NCBI GenBank assembly: GCA_017301975.1
Contig: JAFLEI010000016.1
Coordinates: 58,349 to 122,348 of the forward strand
DNA from: Verrucomicrobiota bacterium
GTDB taxonomy: Bacteria > Verrucomicrobiota > Verrucomicrobiia > Verrucomicrobiales > Verrucomicrobiaceae
Length of the DNA: 64,000 nucleotides
Direction: 5' to 3'
Shown: positions 43,737 through 53,022 of the stretch, in pieces
Layout of the letters: every line of letters begins with the position of its first letter
How positions within the stretch are numbered: the first letter of the stretch is position 1
Notes under the pieces: generated by a model
Told to the model about the DNA's origin: nothing
Seen by the model: only the letters and a program-made list of their open reading frames with translations
The model's database searches: none
Translations under genes and position numbers: made by a program

Positions 43737-45899
43737 ATGAACGCCCCCCGCCTCATCCTCATGTGCCTGCTTGCCTCGGCCACTCTGCAAGCCGCCCCGC
43801 TGCCGGAAAGTCAGAAAATCGACCAGCTTCTTGGCAAGGACTGGGAAAAAGCAGGGCTGAAGCCCAACCCGCCCGCCAGTGACGAGGTGCTGGTGCGCAG
43901 GCTGTACCTCGACATCGCCGGACGCATCCCCACCCTGGAGGAGTCGCAGTCCTACATCAGCTCCAAGGACCCGCAAAAGCGCGCGAAGCTTATCGACACC
44001 CTGCTCGCCTCCGACGGCTACACCAGCCACATGTTCAACTACTGGGCCGATGTCCTGCGCCTGACGGACAACGTGAAGGGCCGCATCACTGCCGAGGCCT
44101 ACGAGGAATGGCTCAAGCAGCAGGTCAAAGCCAACGTGCCCTATGACAAGTTCGTGAAAAACCTCCTCACCACCGACGGCGGCGTGTGGGACAGCGGCAG
44201 CATCGGCTTCTGGCAGCGGGACGAGAACAAGCTCGACCACCTGGCCTACACCGTGCAGGTCTTTCTGGGCACCAGCATCGTCTGCGCCCAGTGTCACAAC
44301 CACCCCTTCGACAAGTGGTCGCAGATGGACTACTACCACATGGCCGCCTTCACCTACGGCATGGACACCAAGAGCCGGGGCGTGGATTTCAAAGCCAAAG
44401 CCGGCAGCAAATCTATGCAGCTCGACAAGAAAGCGCTGCAGGCCATGAGCGCCGCAGAAAAGAAAGCCTACCGTGCCAAGATGCAGGCGGAGAAGAAGGC
44501 GGAAGAGTCCAAGATCAGCAAGGAAGACATGGCGCAGGTCAAACGTGCGATGCAGGATGTGATGAAGCCGCTGCGCTACACCAGCGCCGAGTGGCAGGAA
44601 GGCAAACAGCCCTCTCTTCCTGCGGACTACAAATACCCCGATGCCAAGCCCGGCGCGAAGGTCGAGCCCAAGACCATGTTTGGCCAGGATGCCGTGGTCA
44701 AACCCGGTGAGACCCAGTTGCAAGCCTTCGCCGACTGGATGACCAGCCCGGAGAATCCGCGCTTCACCACGGTCATCGCCAATCGCATGTGGAAGAAGGC
44801 CTTCGGCGTCGGCTTGATCGAGCCCGTCGATGAAATGACCGACAGCACCGTGGCCAGCAATCCGGCACTGATGGACTACCTCGGCCAGCTCATGATCGAG
44901 AAACAATACTCGCTCAAGTCCTTCCTGCGGGTGCTTTACAATACCGACACCTACCAGCGCGCCACCACCACTGAGGAGGTGCCGCTGGGAGAGACCTATC
45001 ACTTCACCGGCCCCATCCTCCGCCGCATGAGCGCGGAGCAGATCTGGGACTCTTTTGTCACGCTCTCCAAGGGCAACGTGGACGACACCGTCGATGATGA
45101 AAACTCCCGCCTGCACCAGTATCTCGACGATCTCTCCATGTTCCTCGGCACGATCAAATCCAAGGGCGCTGAAGGCCTGGTGCAGGTCGCCAAGGAAGGC
45201 CGCGCCAAACTGGATGCCAATCAGAAACAGATCGACGCCATGAAAGCCAAGCTCGAAGCGGACAAGGCGAAAGGCATTGATGTCACCGCCGAGTCCAAGG
45301 CGCTCGCCCGACAGGCCGCCACGCTGCGCAAAGCTTCTGAAAAGGACATCCTTGTCGCCCTGCTGGGCAAAGATCGCGCGGACGACCTGCGCCAGGGCTA
45401 CCGCCCGGAGAAGCCTGAAAAACGCCCGCAGATTGATCCCAAGACGCTGGAATCCATGACCAAGCAGCAGCGCAAGGAGTTCCTGAAGGCCTATCAGCGC
45501 AACGGCGGTGGCAAGGACGGCATGGGCCTCACCTCCCGCGCCTCCGAGCAGCCCAGCCCCGCACGCCCCGGCACCTTCCTGCGCACCTTTGGCCAGAGCG
45601 ACCGCGAGCTGATCCAGAACGCCAGCGACGACGCCTCCGTGCCGCAGGCGCTCACCCTGCTCAACGGACCTGCCGCAGACGTCATCAACAACCCGGCCTC
45701 CAAGCTGAATCAGGCCATCGCCCAGGCCGGCACACCCGCCCAGAAGATCGCCACCCTCTACCATTCGCTGCTGAGCCGCGCGCCCACGGCGAATGAGCAG
45801 GCCATCCTCGACACCGTCATCAAGGAACGCGGAGACAAGGCTGTGGCGGATGTCACGCACGCGCTCATCACCGGTTCCCAGTTTCTCTTCGTCCAATAA
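43737..45899 (+). CDS. DUF1549/DUF1553 (PSD1-type) protein
   Basis: ATG 43737 gives the signal MNAPRLILMCLLASATLQAAP. RRLYLDIAGRIPTLEE and FNYWADVLRL (DUF1549). CAQCHNHPFDKWSQMDYY. DUF1553-like C-terminus. This is the typical PVC partner of DUF1501. Confidence 0.85.
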   Translation: MNAPRLILMCLLASATLQAAPLPESQKIDQLLGKDWEKAGLKPNPPASDEVLVRRLYLDIAGRIPTLEESQSYISSKDPQKRAKLIDTLLASDGYTSHMFNYWADVLRLTDNVKGRITAEAYEEWLKQQVKANVPYDKFVKNLLTTDGGVWDSGSIGFWQRDENKLDHLAYTVQVFLGTSIVCAQCHNHPFDKWSQMDYYHMAAFTYGMDTKSRGVDFKAKAGSKSMQLDKKALQAMSAAEKKAYRAKMQAEKKAEESKISKEDMAQVKRAMQDVMKPLRYTSAEWQEGKQPSLPADYKYPDAKPGAKVEPKTMFGQDAVVKPGETQLQAFADWMTSPENPRFTTVIANRMWKKAFGVGLIEPVDEMTDSTVASNPALMDYLGQLMIEKQYSLKSFLRVLYNTDTYQRATTTEEVPLGETYHFTGPILRRMSAEQIWDSFVTLSKGNVDDTVDDENSRLHQYLDDLSMFLGTIKSKGAEGLVQVAKEGRAKLDANQKQIDAMKAKLEADKAKGIDVTAESKALARQAATLRKASEKDILVALLGKDRADDLRQGYRPEKPEKRPQIDPKTLESMTKQQRKEFLKAYQRNGGGKDGMGLTSRASEQPSPARPGTFLRTFGQSDRELIQNASDDASVPQALTLLNGPAADVINNPASKLNQAIAQAGTPAQKIATLYHSLLSRAPTANEQAILDTVIKERGDKAVADVTHALITGSQFLFVQ

Positions 45900-45920
45900 T
45901 CCTCCTCACGCTGCATCTTC

Positions 45921-47216
45921 ATGAAAACTCTGCTCAACTCCTGTGACGATGTCACCCGCCGTGACTTTGCCAAAACCATCGCCAAGACCTGTCTCGGCGT
46001 CACCGTAATGAGCGCTCTGGCGCCACGCGGCTATGCGGCGTTTGAAGGCTCCAGCAAGGCGAAGCAGGCGGCCACCGCCAAGCGCGTCATCTATCTTTAC
46101 ATGTCCGGCGGCATGACGCATCTCGACACCTTTGGCTGCGTTCCCGGCGCAGACACCATGGGCGGCACCAAGACCATCGCCACCAGCGCGGACGGTGTGC
46201 AGATCGGCGAACTCCTGCCGCATACAGCGAAGATGATGCATCGCGGGGCCATCATCAATTCACTCTCCTCCACCCAGGGCGCACATGCGCAGGGCAATTA
46301 CTTCCAGCACACCAGCTACACCATGCGCGGTGCCACTAGGCATCCCACGCTGGGCGCATGGATGCAGAAATTCCAAGGCAAGGGCAATGCCGACCTGCCC
46401 GGCTCCGTCATCATCACAGGAGACAGCAAGCATCCCGGCGGCGGTTTCTTCGAGGCCGCCTGCCAGCCGCTCATTCTCAACGACCCCGCCAAAGGTTTGC
46501 AAAACAGCCATCGCCCCGGCTCGCTGAGCGAGGGCGATTTCGATTACCGCCTCGGCCTCTCCGCCAAGCTCGATCAGGGCTTTCAGCAGGCCTACAACTA
46601 CAAGAACGTCAAAGCTTACGCTGATGTCTATAAAGACGCCATCCAGGTGATGAAGAGCGAAGACCTTGAAGCCTTCGACCTCAGCAAAGAATCCGCCGAA
46701 ACCCACGCGGAATACGGCTCAGGCAACTTCGCCCAGGGCTGCCTTCTGGCGCGTCGCCTCGTTGAGCATGGCGTGCGCTTTGTGGAGGTGAACCTCGGTG
46801 GCTGGGATATGCATCAGGACATCGGGGCCCGCCTGCCGGAACGCTGCGGCGATCTCGACCAGGCTCTCGGCACACTGCTCCCCGATCTCGAACGCCGTGG
46901 CCTGCTTGACGACACCCTCGTTGTCCTCACTTCCGAGTTCGGACGCACGCCGAAGATCAATCAGAACGAAGGCCGCGACCACTACCCCAAAGCCTTCAGC
47001 TCCGTCCTCTGGGGCGGCGGCATCGCCGGTGGTCAGGTCTATGGCAAGACGGACAAAGGCATCGAAGTCACCGAAAACAAAGTCAGCGTCCCCGACTTCA
47101 ACGCCACCATCGCCTACGCCCTCGGTCTTCCGCTGGACCTGGTGCTGTATTCCAGCACCAAGCGCCCCTTCACGGTGACGGACAAGGGGCAGCCGATTAC
47201 GAGCTTGTTTGCGTGA
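45921..47216 (+). CDS. DUF1501 (sulfatase-fold) protein with Tat-like signal
   Basis: 431 aa. TRRDFAKTIAKTCLGVTVMSAL, IYLYMSGGMTHLDTF, GGWDMHQD, LTSEFGRTP. Starts 21 nt downstream of the DUF1549/1553 gene. Confidence 0.9.
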   Translation: MKTLLNSCDDVTRRDFAKTIAKTCLGVTVMSALAPRGYAAFEGSSKAKQAATAKRVIYLYMSGGMTHLDTFGCVPGADTMGGTKTIATSADGVQIGELLPHTAKMMHRGAIINSLSSTQGAHAQGNYFQHTSYTMRGATRHPTLGAWMQKFQGKGNADLPGSVIITGDSKHPGGGFFEAACQPLILNDPAKGLQNSHRPGSLSEGDFDYRLGLSAKLDQGFQQAYNYKNVKAYADVYKDAIQVMKSEDLEAFDLSKESAETHAEYGSGNFAQGCLLARRLVEHGVRFVEVNLGGWDMHQDIGARLPERCGDLDQALGTLLPDLERRGLLDDTLVVLTSEFGRTPKINQNEGRDHYPKAFSSVLWGGGIAGGQVYGKTDKGIEVTENKVSVPDFNATIAYALGLPLDLVLYSSTKRPFTVTDKGQPITSLFA

Positions 47217-47222
47217 CGTAGT

Positions 47223-47241
47223 CCAGTTGCGCCGCAACTGG
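47223..47241. terminator. Candidate hairpin terminator between convergent genes
   Basis: ccagttg cgccg caactgg (7-bp stem) begins 7 nt after the DUF1501 stop. There is only a weak T-rich tail (cctttcttc). Confidence 0.4.
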
Positions 47242-47310
47242 CTCAGGCCTTTCTTCACAGGGTGTCTTTAAAAAGATGCTGTCGTAGCGCGCTGATCTTC
47301 AGGACTCACT

Positions 47311-47745
47311 TCAGGGCTGCAGCGGGTTGATCCAGCGGAGGCCGGGGAATTTGGCAAAGTCAGTGTCGCAGGAGGCGAGTTCGAGATCGTGCTCGATGGC
47401 AAGTGCGGCGAGGTGGGCATCGGTAACGAGGTTGCCATGTGCTTTGGTGGCGTGGCAGATCGCTTCAAAATGATGCGCATGACCGGTGCCCGGTTCAATG
47501 AGCCGGACAGCGGGCAGGGTCAGCCACGCATTCACCAACTGCAGAGCCTCGTCCAGCGAACGAGGTGCGACAATGATTCGGGAATTCGTGATGATGCGGA
47601 CAAAAGCGACCAAGGAAAACCAGCTCAGCGCCACAGGGCCCCGGTGGCCGTTTAAAGTTTCTTGAACCCATGTCTTCGCCTGGAGGTGCAGTGGAGCGTC
47701 GGCGTTGACAGCGTAAATGAGGAGATTGGCGTCAATGAAGATCAT
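47311..47745 (-). CDS. vapC: Type II toxin VapC (PIN-domain ribonuclease)
   Basis: 144 aa. MIFIDANLLIYA (first acidic residue), LVTDAHLAALAIEHDLELASCDTDF (C-terminal PIN acidic residues). Starts 6 nt after a small upstream ORF. Confidence 0.8.
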   Translation of the reverse strand: MIFIDANLLIYAVNADAPLHLQAKTWVQETLNGHRGPVALSWFSLVAFVRIITNSRIIVAPRSLDEALQLVNAWLTLPAVRLIEPGTGHAHHFEAICHATKAHGNLVTDAHLAALAIEHDLELASCDTDFAKFPGLRWINPLQP

Positions 47746-47751
47746 GGCCGG

Positions 47752-47985
47752 TTACTCGGGCAGGTCGTCTTCATCTGCATGGGCCAGCTTGGTCAGATCC
47801 AAGCCTGAACGCACCCCTAGGTTCCAACTAGGCAGTGTGTAGGGGGCACCTTTTGGCATGACTGATCTGTCCGATTTTTTGCGCGCCAGCTTCAGCATCT
47901 CCAGCAGCGCACGCTGAATGCTCTGCGCGTCCTCCGGTTCAAGGGCTTCTATCTCCTTTTCGAAGTTCAGGGTGACGGTGCTCAT
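47752..47985 (-). CDS. Cognate antitoxin (VapB-position small protein)
   Basis: 77 aa from ATG 47985 (MSTVTLNFEKEIEALEPEDAQSIQRALLEMLKLARKK...). Acidic C-terminus. Assigned by position and size only. Confidence 0.6.
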   Translation of the reverse strand: MSTVTLNFEKEIEALEPEDAQSIQRALLEMLKLARKKSDRSVMPKGAPYTLPSWNLGVRSGLDLTKLAHADEDDLPE

Positions 47986-48145
47986 GACAGCAAAATAGAC
48001 TGACTCGGCGACTAAAGCAATGCAGGGAAAGGACGGCAATCAGGGCGGACAGGCTGTCCTCGGGACACATGCGCGTCTTTCATCTTTCCTTTCCACGCAG
48101 GCACAACTCGTGCGAGAATCGGGTGTTCGGCCACGATTTGAATCC

Positions 48146-50683
48146 ATGCGCCTGCTTTCCTTTCTTCTGATCCTTCTGAGCATCTCGATCTCGGATGCGC
48201 AGCAGATCGACCTCGAAAAGATCTTTGAGGAGAAGAACCTGGGGCCGGTGGGGGAGCTGCTGGCACGCGGGGATTATGAGCTGGTGGCCCGCATTGGCGA
48301 GGCGGCGGCGGAGAAGGGACTGAAGTCCCCCGAGTGGCGGATTCTACGGTTCAAGGCGCTGCGGGAGATGGGGCAGATCGACACGGCGCTGGAGGAAATC
48401 CAGAAGGCGCTGGTGCTGTATCCCGGTCATTTCGAAATGCTCATGCTGCGGCATGATCTGGCAAAACTGCTGGGCAGAGACGAGATCGCGTCGGCGGCGC
48501 TGAAGGGCATCAATGAAGCGGCCAAAGCGAAGGCGGCGAAGGATCGTTCGGCGCTCGAGTCGGTGATTCTGGGGCGGGCCGCCGTGGTGCTCGGCGCCGA
48601 TGCGCAGAAGGTCATCGCACAGTATTTCAAGGTGGCGCAAGGCAAGGATGCGAAGCTGGAGGCGGCATATCTGGCCGAAGGAAATCTGGCGCTGGAGAAA
48701 GACGACGCCAAACGCGCGGCGGATGTGTTTCGTGCCGGCCTGAAGGCGCATGGTGAGACGGCGGACCTGCGGCTGGGGCTGGCGCGGGCGTTTCAATCCG
48801 GTGATCGTGAAAAGGCGACGGAGAGCCTGAAGAAGGCGCTGGAACTCAACCCCCACCATCACGCCGCCCACCTTCTGCGCGCGGAGCAGTTGATTGGAGG
48901 GGAGAAATTTGTCGAGGCCGAGGCGGCCATCCAGCAGGTGCTGGATCTGGATGAGCAGCACCCGGTCGCCTGGTCGCTGCGGGCGGTGGTGGCGTATCTC
49001 TTCCAGGCGGATGCGTCCAAGATGGAGGCTGCGCGGCAGCAGGCCTTGCAGCGCTGGGACAGAAACCCCGAGGTGGATCACACCATCGGGCGATGCTTGT
49101 CGCGGGCGTATCGGTTTGCGGAGAGCGCGGCGCATCAACGCAAGTCGCTGGAGTTTGATCCCAAATATCTGCCCGCCAAAGTGCAGCTCTGCCACGATCT
49201 GCTCCGCCTTGGGGAGGAAGAGGAGGCCTGGAAGCTGGCGGATGCCATCCGCAAAGAAGACGGCTACAACATCCAGGCGCACAATCTGGGCCTGCTGGAA
49301 AAAGAGATGGGCAGGTACACCACCCAGGCCTTTCCTGATTTCGTGCTGAAGATGCCGAAGCGCGACTGGCCCATCTACGGCGCGCGTGCACTGGCCCTGC
49401 TGCGGGATGCGAAGGCTGTGCTCGGCGTGAAGTACGGTCTGGATCTTCAGCGCCCCGTGCTGGTGGAGTTCTTCGGTGCGCAGCAGGACTTTGCCATCCG
49501 CACCTTCGGGGCACTGGGCGGGCAGGGGATGCTGGGCGTGTGTTTTGGCACCGTGGTCACAATGAACAGTCCCGGCAGTCTCGCCCATGGCCGCAACAAC
49601 TGGGAGAGCACGCTGTGGCACGAGTTCTGCCACGTCATCACGCTGACGGTGACGCACAACCGCATGCCGCGCTGGCTGAGCGAGGGCATCAGCGTGTATG
49701 AAGAACGGCAGCGCGATCCGGCCTGGGGCATGTCGATGGATGCGAAACATCGTGAGATGGTGCTGGACGAGGAGACGCTCACACCGATGTCGCGTCTCAG
49801 CGGGGCCTTCATGAATCCCAAGACACAGGAGCATCTGATGTTTGCCTATTATGAGTCGAGTCAGGCGGTGGAGTTTCTGCTCACGACCTTCGGCAAGGAC
49901 AAGTTCCAGGGCATTCTGCATGACCTCGCGGCGGGAAAACGGATCAACGATGCCATCGCAGCGAACGCGGGCGACATCGACAAGGTTGAAAAGGATTTCG
50001 CGCACTACATCACGGCGAAGGCCAGGGCATTTGGGGCATTGGCGGAATGGGAGGAGCCCAAGGCGGAACAGTTGAATCCCTTCGAGCCCGGTTCATTCAC
50101 GGAGTTTTTGAAGCAGCATCCGAACAACCTGTGGGCGCTGCGCAAGGAGGCTGAAACCCTGTCCCAGGCCAAAAAATGGGCCGAGGTGCTGCCGCTGGCG
50201 GACAAGCTGATCAAACTGCTGCCGGAAAGCTATGACGCGGACAGCGGCTACGCTTTGAAAGTTCAGGCACTGCGGCAGTTGAAGCGCACGGAAGAGGAGG
50301 TTGCCGTGCTGCGGCAGATCGCGGCGAAGTCCTCCAGCGCACAAAGTGCCTTCCTGCGCTTGATCGAACTCGATGTGCCCGCCAGGCGCTGGGCAGAAGT
50401 GAAGGCCAATGCCCTGCGTTCAATGGCCTTGAATCCATTTCTGGTCACACCGCAAAGAGCGCTCGCAGATGCCTGCGCAGCGCTGAACGAAGTGCCCGAA
50501 GCAGTCGCGGCATACGAGCGCGTGCTGGTGCTCGATCCCAGCGGAGGCGCGCAGACGCATTTCAAGCTGGCTGGATTGCTCCGGGCTTCCGATGCCCCGA
50601 AGGCGAAGCGGCATCTGCTGGATTCACTGGCGCTCGCACCGAGGAATCGTGAAGGACTGGTGATGCTGCAGGAGTGGAAGTGA
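48146..50683 (+). CDS. Secreted TPR protein with peptidase-MA-like (HExxH) domain
   Basis: ATG 48146 gives the signal MRLLSFLLILLSISISDAQQ. N- and C-terminal TPR-like repeats. The central domain has LWHEFCHVITL ... WLSEGISVYEE (Peptidase_MA_2-like pattern). Confidence 0.75.
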   Translation: MRLLSFLLILLSISISDAQQIDLEKIFEEKNLGPVGELLARGDYELVARIGEAAAEKGLKSPEWRILRFKALREMGQIDTALEEIQKALVLYPGHFEMLMLRHDLAKLLGRDEIASAALKGINEAAKAKAAKDRSALESVILGRAAVVLGADAQKVIAQYFKVAQGKDAKLEAAYLAEGNLALEKDDAKRAADVFRAGLKAHGETADLRLGLARAFQSGDREKATESLKKALELNPHHHAAHLLRAEQLIGGEKFVEAEAAIQQVLDLDEQHPVAWSLRAVVAYLFQADASKMEAARQQALQRWDRNPEVDHTIGRCLSRAYRFAESAAHQRKSLEFDPKYLPAKVQLCHDLLRLGEEEEAWKLADAIRKEDGYNIQAHNLGLLEKEMGRYTTQAFPDFVLKMPKRDWPIYGARALALLRDAKAVLGVKYGLDLQRPVLVEFFGAQQDFAIRTFGALGGQGMLGVCFGTVVTMNSPGSLAHGRNNWESTLWHEFCHVITLTVTHNRMPRWLSEGISVYEERQRDPAWGMSMDAKHREMVLDEETLTPMSRLSGAFMNPKTQEHLMFAYYESSQAVEFLLTTFGKDKFQGILHDLAAGKRINDAIAANAGDIDKVEKDFAHYITAKARAFGALAEWEEPKAEQLNPFEPGSFTEFLKQHPNNLWALRKEAETLSQAKKWAEVLPLADKLIKLLPESYDADSGYALKVQALRQLKRTEEEVAVLRQIAAKSSSAQSAFLRLIELDVPARRWAEVKANALRSMALNPFLVTPQRALADACAALNEVPEAVAAYERVLVLDPSGGAQTHFKLAGLLRASDAPKAKRHLLDSLALAPRNREGLVMLQEWK

Positions 50684-50710
50684 GAGATGCTGCGGGGGCT
50701 GAGCTCTGGC

Positions 50711-51667
50711 CTACATCATGAAGCGCAGTTTTTCGGCGGCTCGCTGCTCACGAGGGGCGTCTTCGACGGCCTCCAGCAGCTCTTCGAAGCCATACATGGT
50801 TTTCACGCGGTGGGTGAGCAGAGCGTGGTCGTAGGACACCTTGCCGGATGTCCAGTAGGCGGCGGTGTAGGGGCTGTGTTCAGCAAAAGGAGCCGGTCCG
50901 AGTTCATCAACCAAGTTCGGCAGGTTCCGCCACAGGCGCATGTGGTGGCGGTGAGACTGGACCGCCCTGGGAACGAGGGCATCATATCCATATTTGGCGA
51001 GATCTGAGATCGCGGCGGCGTGGTTGTTCACATGGACGAGGCCGCCGTAGCCCTCACGGTTGATTTGCGGATCCTGCTTGATGACCTCATCAAGCACGGC
51101 TTTGGCCATCCCCTCCACGTCCGTGTAGGGCGGTGTGTCATCCTCCTCGGGAAGCGTGATCTTGTCCCCATGAATGCGCCCCTTGGCCTTGCTGTAGTTG
51201 CCGCTCCCGGGGTGGGCGTTGTTGAAGAGGGCGATCAGCTTGCGAATGCCATCGACGATGGCAGGTGTGGCAAATTCAGGGTGCTCTTTGAGCGCGCGAA
51301 TGGCGAGCGAGGCAAAAATCACATTGTGGCCGGATTCGCGCGGCTTGCTGATGTTCTTCTCCAGGGCCTCGGCAATGCCGTCGATCAGGATTTCATTCGG
51401 CAGTTGTTTGGGAAAGGCGGCAAACAGTTCCGAGTCCGTGATCTTCGCGTTCTTCATCATCTTCTTGCCGAAGACCGACTCGCCACGCATGACCCGTTCC
51501 AGGTCGCCTTCGATCCCCTGGCAGACTTCAGGGTCGAGATCCGGACGTTGTTCCCCGACGAAGTAGCCGGCCACCACGGAAGCCCCCAGATGCCCGGACA
51601 TGGCGCTCATCTGGTGGGCGCGCGCCAGCGCATTGAGCCCTTTGGACAGGTAATCAAAGTTGATCAT
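50711..51667 (-). CDS. Hypothetical protein (318 aa)
   Basis: Long ORF with coding-like composition (MINFDYLSKGLNALARAHQMSAMSGHLGASVVAGYFVGEQ...). No family recognised with confidence. Confidence 0.6.
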   Translation of the reverse strand: MINFDYLSKGLNALARAHQMSAMSGHLGASVVAGYFVGEQRPDLDPEVCQGIEGDLERVMRGESVFGKKMMKNAKITDSELFAAFPKQLPNEILIDGIAEALEKNISKPRESGHNVIFASLAIRALKEHPEFATPAIVDGIRKLIALFNNAHPGSGNYSKAKGRIHGDKITLPEEDDTPPYTDVEGMAKAVLDEVIKQDPQINREGYGGLVHVNNHAAAISDLAKYGYDALVPRAVQSHRHHMRLWRNLPNLVDELGPAPFAEHSPYTAAYWTSGKVSYDHALLTHRVKTMYGFEELLEAVEDAPREQRAAEKLRFMM

Positions 51668-51737
51668 AGCTGCATTCTAAGACGTCTGCCCAGTGGGAGT
51701 CCTAACGGGAATGTCATCTATCAAGCTGGCCAGCTTT

Positions 51738-52124
51738 TCACTTCCTGGCAACAAGCTCGGGGTTCCCGTGTGCATCTCTCGAAATTCGATAACGCACTCC
51801 TTTCTCAATCGTTGTTCGAAACTCGACCAGCTCTCCCTTCTCGGACGGACGCGGTCTAACGGATAGTTTAATGACCCGCTCGCCTGGCTCCAGGAGAGCG
51901 AAGGGAACCCTTGAAATCACCGATCCATGTTGAATTCGATCTGTGGGTTTCCCATCAACTGCTACTATCCAAAAATCGGCTCCAACCACTCCATCCTCAA
52001 CAATGGATCGTGAATCAAATGCTCGCTGAAGGATGCCAAGCTCAATTCCGACAACGGTCACCAGCCACGCTCCAAGAAGCGCCATGAATATCAAGTGCCA
52101 GCGCGTATTGGGATTTCCTTGCAT
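51738..52124 (-). CDS. Small membrane-anchored protein
   Basis: ATG 52124 MQGNPNTRWHLIFMALLGAWLVTVVGIELGIL..., one TM. Lower-GC stretch. Sits between the apbE gene and the gene at 50711-51667. Confidence 0.45.
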   Translation of the reverse strand: MQGNPNTRWHLIFMALLGAWLVTVVGIELGILQRAFDSRSIVEDGVVGADFWIVAVDGKPTDRIQHGSVISRVPFALLEPGERVIKLSVRPRPSEKGELVEFRTTIEKGVRYRISRDAHGNPELVARK

Positions 52125-52155
52125 TTTTGTCACCGCACTTTTAGACGCCGTTGCG

Positions 52156-53022
52156 CTACATCTCCAGCTCCAGCGCCTCCACTCCCTCATACCTCGCGCA
52201 GAGCGCATCGATCTCGCTTGGCTCCATCACCATGAATGCGGTCGAGAGCGCATCTGACAAAGCCGCTGTCGGCGCGAGCGCATAGGTGCGGCGGTTGCGG
52301 AGGGGGACGGGCATGAAGAGGCGCGGGTTCATGATGTGCGAGCCTTTGACGGCAAAGCCGGAGCCGCTGACGGCTCGATTGAGAAGAGGGGTGCGTTTTT
52401 CACCACCACCCAGCGTGATGGACCACGCTTCTTTGCCGCCCGGGGCACCGATGGCGAGGATGGTGCTGTCTCCTGCGTTGAGGACGAAGTTGCTGATCTT
52501 CCAGTCCTGCAGCACGTCGGCGGCTTGATCCAGAGCGTAGCCTTTGCCCATGGCGCCGAGGTCGAAGATCATACCGGTGGCATGCACGGTGGCGCTCATG
52601 GTTTCTTCATCAAGGTCGAAGCGGTGGCTGCCGATGATCTGGCGCGCCTGCTCCAGCACGTCTTTGTTCACCTGGCGTGGCTCGCCTTCGGACGTGATGA
52701 AGAGATTCATGAGCGGCCCGATGGTGATGTCAAAAGCTCCTGCTGTCTCCTGATGCATGGCCTTCGCCAGCGAGAGGCAGTCCCACGCCGCCATGCCGAC
52801 GCGGATGCTCTCGCCTGCTTTGAGCTGCCCGAGGCGGTAGATGTCGCTGGTGGCGCGGAAGCGGCTCAGCTCGTCTTCGAGGCGGGCGATCTCCTGAAAC
52901 ACCGCCTGCGCGGCCTGGGCGGCGTAAGTTTCATCCGCATCCTCATGATTGATGATGACGTCGAAGGTGGTGGCCATCGCATTGCAGGTGAAGCGATGGT
53001 GCTGCGGGGCGGGGGTGCTCAC
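52156..53022 (-). CDS. apbE: FAD:protein FMN transferase (ApbE family)
   Basis: 288 aa. FTCNAMATTFDVII, SDIYRL, FDITIGPL, FDLGAMGKGYALD, NAGDS. Its start overlaps the stop of the upstream gene by 4 nt. Confidence 0.85.
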   Translation of the reverse strand: MSTPAPQHHRFTCNAMATTFDVIINHEDADETYAAQAAQAVFQEIARLEDELSRFRATSDIYRLGQLKAGESIRVGMAAWDCLSLAKAMHQETAGAFDITIGPLMNLFITSEGEPRQVNKDVLEQARQIIGSHRFDLDEETMSATVHATGMIFDLGAMGKGYALDQAADVLQDWKISNFVLNAGDSTILAIGAPGGKEAWSITLGGGEKRTPLLNRAVSGSGFAVKGSHIMNPRLFMPVPLRNRRTYALAPTAALSDALSTAFMVMEPSEIDALCARYEGVEALELEM

